From Candidatus Omnitrophota bacterium (GTDB taxonomy: Bacteria > Omnitrophota > Gorgyraeia > Zapsychrales > Fredricksoniimonadaceae): DNA of 64,000 nt. Below the pieces are notes generated by a model. It saw only the letters and a list, made by a program, of their open reading frames with translations. It did no database searches and was not told the origin of the DNA. The stretch spans positions 24,196-88,195 of the forward strand of contig JAUSEK010000004.1 in the NCBI GenBank assembly GCA_030650275.1, read 5' to 3'. The position numbers and the translations under genes were made by a program. Positions 60,753-64,000 of this stretch are shown here, one piece after another (positions within the stretch are counted from its first letter, which is position 1; each line of letters begins with the position of its first letter).

Positions 60753-61193
60753 TTATCGTTGGGTGGACCGCTTGTCCAAAGAAAAACGCTGGGTTTTTAC
60801 CAAATTGCGCAGCAGGACCATGAGGACCAGAAAACAAAAACTGTCAAAAACAATGATCTGCTGCGGCGTCACCTGGACCCACGACCCGAAACATCCGCAA
60901 TGGTCCAAAGGCAAACCGCGCAGGAGGGCCTGGCCGACAACGACGATAAAAACAGCGAACAACATCAGCGCCCATCGCAGCGCCTTCATGGTCCACAATC
61001 CCAGCACGAGGAAAAGGCCGATCATCAGCTCAACCCAGGGCGCAACGACGGCCGTCAGGGTTTCCGCCCATCCAGGAAGCATTTGATAGGCCTGGACCAC
61101 GTACAAAAAATTCTGGTACGGGTGGATGGCCTTTTCAAGGCCGGAAACCAGAAGAACACTGCCGACAACGATGCGCAATAAGGGAAATATCAT
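60753..61193 (-). CDS. DoxX/MauE-family membrane protein (conserved CGCFG motif)
   Basis: 146 aa, 4 TM; HCGCFG motif typical of MauE-like proteins. Confidence 0.7.
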   Translation of the reverse strand: MIFPLLRIVVGSVLLVSGLEKAIHPYQNFLYVVQAYQMLPGWAETLTAVVAPWVELMIGLFLVLGLWTMKALRWALMLFAVFIVVVGQALLRGLPLDHCGCFGSWVQVTPQQIIVFDSFCFLVLMVLLRNLVKTQRFSLDKRSTQR

Positions 61194-61801
61194 TGGCTTG
61201 GGAAATATTGGTTGAGTTCATCCATCAGGGATTTTCCCCCGACGACCATTTTATGATTGATGAAATACGTCGGTGTCGACTGCACGCCCAGGGAACGGCC
61301 CTGGTCGCGGTCCCGCATCACCGTTTCTTCCACATCAGGAGAGGCCAGGCAACGCCGCAGGGCGGCTTCCTCCACCCCTGCTTCGCGGGCGAACTGCGTG
61401 AACATCCCTTCGGCGCTGATCAGATCCTTCCATTGCGCCTGGCGCTCAACGATCAAGTCATGCATCGGCCAGAATTTGCCCTGACGGCCCGCGCATTCAG
61501 CATAGGTGCTGGCGGTCATCGTATGACGGTGGATGGCCATCAAAGGAAAATACTTCATCTCAACACGGATATCCTTGGGATGAAGGGTATAAATTTTCTT
61601 GAGTTTGAGCGCCCCGTCGGCGCAGGCCGGACATTGAAAATCAATGAACTCAACGATCTGGACACGGGCCTTGAGGTCTCCTTTGGCGCGCATCCTGGAC
61701 GGGTCCATCTGTCCGGCATACAACGACAAAAATATTTTTACGGCAACCACAACGATCAGCGCGCTACCAACAATGACAACGGTTAATTTCTTTCTGGACA
61801 T
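61190..61801 (-). CDS. membrane-anchored DsbA-family thiol:disulfide oxidoreductase (CPAC active site)
   Basis: 203 aa; N-terminal TM, FIDFQCPACA thioredoxin-fold active site. Confidence 0.8.
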   Translation of the reverse strand: MSRKKLTVVIVGSALIVVVAVKIFLSLYAGQMDPSRMRAKGDLKARVQIVEFIDFQCPACADGALKLKKIYTLHPKDIRVEMKYFPLMAIHRHTMTASTYAECAGRQGKFWPMHDLIVERQAQWKDLISAEGMFTQFAREAGVEEAALRRCLASPDVEETVMRDRDQGRSLGVQSTPTYFINHKMVVGGKSLMDELNQYFPSQ

Positions 61802-61805
61802 AGCG

Positions 61806-63302
61806 TCACGCTCTTTTCGTTAAAATTGTTAAATGACGCAGTTTGGGGTTCAACCGCGGCTTCAACGCGGACGGCGATAACCGCCATTGCCAATTGCCAA
61901 CCTTGGTCGCCGGAGTGTTCATGCGGCCCTCTTCCCCCAATCCCAGGACATCGGCCATGGGGATGATCACGGTATCGGCTTTGGAACGCATGAGCGCTTC
62001 GATCATGGCCCAGTGCAGGTCCGACGTGCGCGGGCGGCCTTTCAGAACAACGGCGATATTGGCCCGCTCGCGGGGACCGGCCTCTTTGCGAAACCAGCCC
62101 TGCACGGTGTTATTGTCATGGGTGCCCGTATAAACCACGCAATGACGCGCGTACCGGGCCGGCACGTGCGGATTGGTTTTGGGATCGTTGCCGAAAGCGA
62201 ACAGCAGGACCCGCATCCCGGGAAAACCGAAACGGCGCATGAGCGCGGGCACGTCGGGAGTTATTTCTCCCAGGTCCTCGGCGATGATGGGCAGATGTTT
62301 GAATTGCCGGGCAAGGGCGGTGAAGAAATCCGCGCCCGGCCCCTTGACCCAGCGGCCGAACACCGCCAGTTTTTCATGCGCGGGGATCTGCCAGAAGCCC
62401 AAAAAACCGCGGAAATGGTCAATGCGCAAATGGTCAAAGAGGGCCAAATTATGGCGGATCCGCCTGACCCACCACCCGTATTTTTCCTTTTTCAATCTGG
62501 CCCAGTCATAGACCGGGTTGCCCCAGCGCTGGCCTGTCCTGGAAAAATAATCCGGCGGGCATCCACTGACGAACCGCGGGACAAGATCATGGTTGAGTTT
62601 AAAAAACCCCGGGTAGCGCCATACATCGGCGCTGTCATAATTGACATAAATAGGGATGTCCCCGATGATGCCGACCCCGTTGTCCTTCGCGTATTGTTTC
62701 AGGCGCTGCCATTGGCTGAAAAATAAGAATTGCACGAACCGGGCCTGGTCAACCGCGCGGATATGGGTCCGGACGAACCCTTTTAGCGCGCCAGGTTTGC
62801 GGCGCTTGAGGTTCGCCGGCCATTCGTTCCACGGCCTGGCGTTGAACACGAATTTAGCCACGGAAAAAATAGCATAGTCCTCAAGCCAATGGGCATGGAC
62901 ACGGCAAAAAACATCATAACCGCCTTTGTCCTTGAGTTTAGCCCACCGCGCATAGGCGCGGACGAACAGGCGTTCCTTGAACGCGGCCGCTTTCGCATGG
63001 TCCACGCGCAGGGCGTCAAACGCAGGGGCCTTCTTCAGATCAGACGCCGTCAAAAAACCGTCCATGACCATGAGTTGAGGGCTGATGAATAAAGGGTTGC
63101 CGGCAAAAGCGGACAAGGAACTGTACGGAGAATGCCCATTGATGCCGTCGGTGGGATTGACGGGCAGGATCTGCCAGAACGTCTGCCCGGCGGCTTTTAA
63201 CGCGTCCACGAACGCATAGGCCCGGGGGCCCAGGTCCCCCACCCCGTAGGGGCAAGGCAGGGATGTGATGTGCATTAAAATGCCGCTGGCGCGTTGGCTC
63301 AT
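61806..63302 (-). CDS. malQ: 4-alpha-glucanotransferase (amylomaltase, GH77)
   Basis: 498 aa; N-terminal GILMHITSLP...GDLG and GH77 catalytic blocks. Confidence 0.9.
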   Translation of the reverse strand: MSQRASGILMHITSLPCPYGVGDLGPRAYAFVDALKAAGQTFWQILPVNPTDGINGHSPYSSLSAFAGNPLFISPQLMVMDGFLTASDLKKAPAFDALRVDHAKAAAFKERLFVRAYARWAKLKDKGGYDVFCRVHAHWLEDYAIFSVAKFVFNARPWNEWPANLKRRKPGALKGFVRTHIRAVDQARFVQFLFFSQWQRLKQYAKDNGVGIIGDIPIYVNYDSADVWRYPGFFKLNHDLVPRFVSGCPPDYFSRTGQRWGNPVYDWARLKKEKYGWWVRRIRHNLALFDHLRIDHFRGFLGFWQIPAHEKLAVFGRWVKGPGADFFTALARQFKHLPIIAEDLGEITPDVPALMRRFGFPGMRVLLFAFGNDPKTNPHVPARYARHCVVYTGTHDNNTVQGWFRKEAGPRERANIAVVLKGRPRTSDLHWAMIEALMRSKADTVIIPMADVLGLGEEGRMNTPATKVGNWQWRLSPSALKPRLNPKLRHLTILTKRA

Positions 63303-64000
63303 GAGGGTGTGCGCACCTGAAGGATGTCCCCCAAATATTCAAAGATCTTCACCCAATGCAGCTGCGGATCAGCCACCCCGCCAAAGGCGGGGCCGGCGAT
63401 ATCCGGATAAACCGTATGGGCCATTTCAAAATAAACGTTCTGGGCTTCCCACAGGTCCAGGTCCAGGCTCAACCCCGTGAAAATCTCGAGAATGGCCGTG
63501 ATCTTTGTCATCAGCAGGATGTCGTGGGGATGTTCGTTGAGCCGGCGCATCAGGCTGTTCAGCCGCTGGCTGGCGAGAAAACCGAAATTCGCCTGGTCGC
63601 GCTTGAACGCCCAGCGCTTCATCTCCTCCGCCAGGCCTTTGAGCCGGTCAATGTCCACGTCGTCTTTTTCCAACACAGCGCACACATCACGGTTGAGGAT
63701 GAATTCAACGACGGTGATCAGCATGCGCGGCAAGGGCAGACGGCCTTCATTCTTGATCTGCATCAAAGGATAATGTTGTTCGTAAATATGGCGAAAACTG
63801 GTCTCGATGTCTTCCATCGCAGAGCGCAGGACCTGGTCAAGAATGTTCTGCTGTTCCTGCTTGAACAAATGCCACAGGGAATAATTCCGGGAACCAAAAT
63901 AACGGTTGATGAGACCGATGACTTCCGGGATATTGCTCTCGGAAAAGGCCTCCGTAAGATCCCGCTGCATAGAGATGTAGTCCCCGGATTTGAAATAGCC
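63299..64000 (-). CDS. C-terminal (DUF3536-like) part of a GH57-type protein; 5' end lies beyond the window
   Basis: Reading frame is open to position 64000; composition and neighbourhood (malQ) typical of GH57/DUF3536 proteins; assignment tentative. Confidence 0.45.
   Translation of the reverse strand, partial: GYFKSGDYISMQRDLTEAFSESNIPEVIGLINRYFGSRNYSLWHLFKQEQQNILDQVLRSAMEDIETSFRHIYEQHYPLMQIKNEGRLPLPRMLITVVEFILNRDVCAVLEKDDVDIDRLKGLAEEMKRWAFKRDQANFGFLASQRLNSLMRRLNEHPHDILLMTKITAILEIFTGLSLDLDLWEAQNVYFEMAHTVYPDIAGPAFGGVADPQLHWVKIFEYLGDILQVRTPS

Overview
This 64-kb window is a bacterial chromosome segment with GC around 55–60%. Every gene I can support lies on the minus strand; all plus-strand ORFs in the track look like antisense shadows of GC-rich genes.

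The low-coordinate half (1–39.7 kb) is the core transcription/translation super-locus, written here in minus-strand 5'->3' order (high to low coordinate):
- rplU, obg, proB, proA, nadD, a phosphohexomutase, plsC-like, rpsA, tyrS
- tRNA-Thr(GGU), rpmG, tRNA-Trp(CCA), secE, nusG
- rplK-rplA-rplJ-rplL, rpoB-rpoC, rpsL-rpsG-fusA-tuf
- the S10/spc/alpha r-protein operons through rplQ, which runs off the window edge

The high-coordinate half (39.8–64 kb) is accessory-like:
- a low-GC DUF4258/DUF2283 toxin-antitoxin-like pair
- a 1192-aa secreted repeat protein with its own strong promoter
- RNase G
- a type IV pilus cluster: pilMNOPQ, pilA, pilC, and two tandem pilB ATPases flanked by stand-alone GspE-N (MshEN) domain proteins, plus rodA/ftsW
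- a tightly packed operon of predicted extracytoplasmic redox proteins: DsbA-like, MauE/DoxX-like, a Sec-signal Memo–AMMECR1 fusion, an unknown 150-aa protein, and an HTTM–DCC fusion
- malQ and a truncated DUF3536/GH57-type gene

Beyond genes, the window carries several families of short GC-rich palindromic repeats. One is an identical 35-nt palindrome inserted in-frame in both adk and rplC. Another is a set of CCGCC-N3-GGCGG mini-hairpins inserted in three different frames in rng, pilQ and pilM. Three families of intergenic hairpins abut r-protein stop codons. A 49-nt direct duplication of the tRNA-Trp 3' end looks like an att-site scar.

No CRISPR arrays, rRNA or obvious transposases are present. 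Coordinates derived by hand (tRNAs, repeats, promoters) may be off by 1–2 nt.
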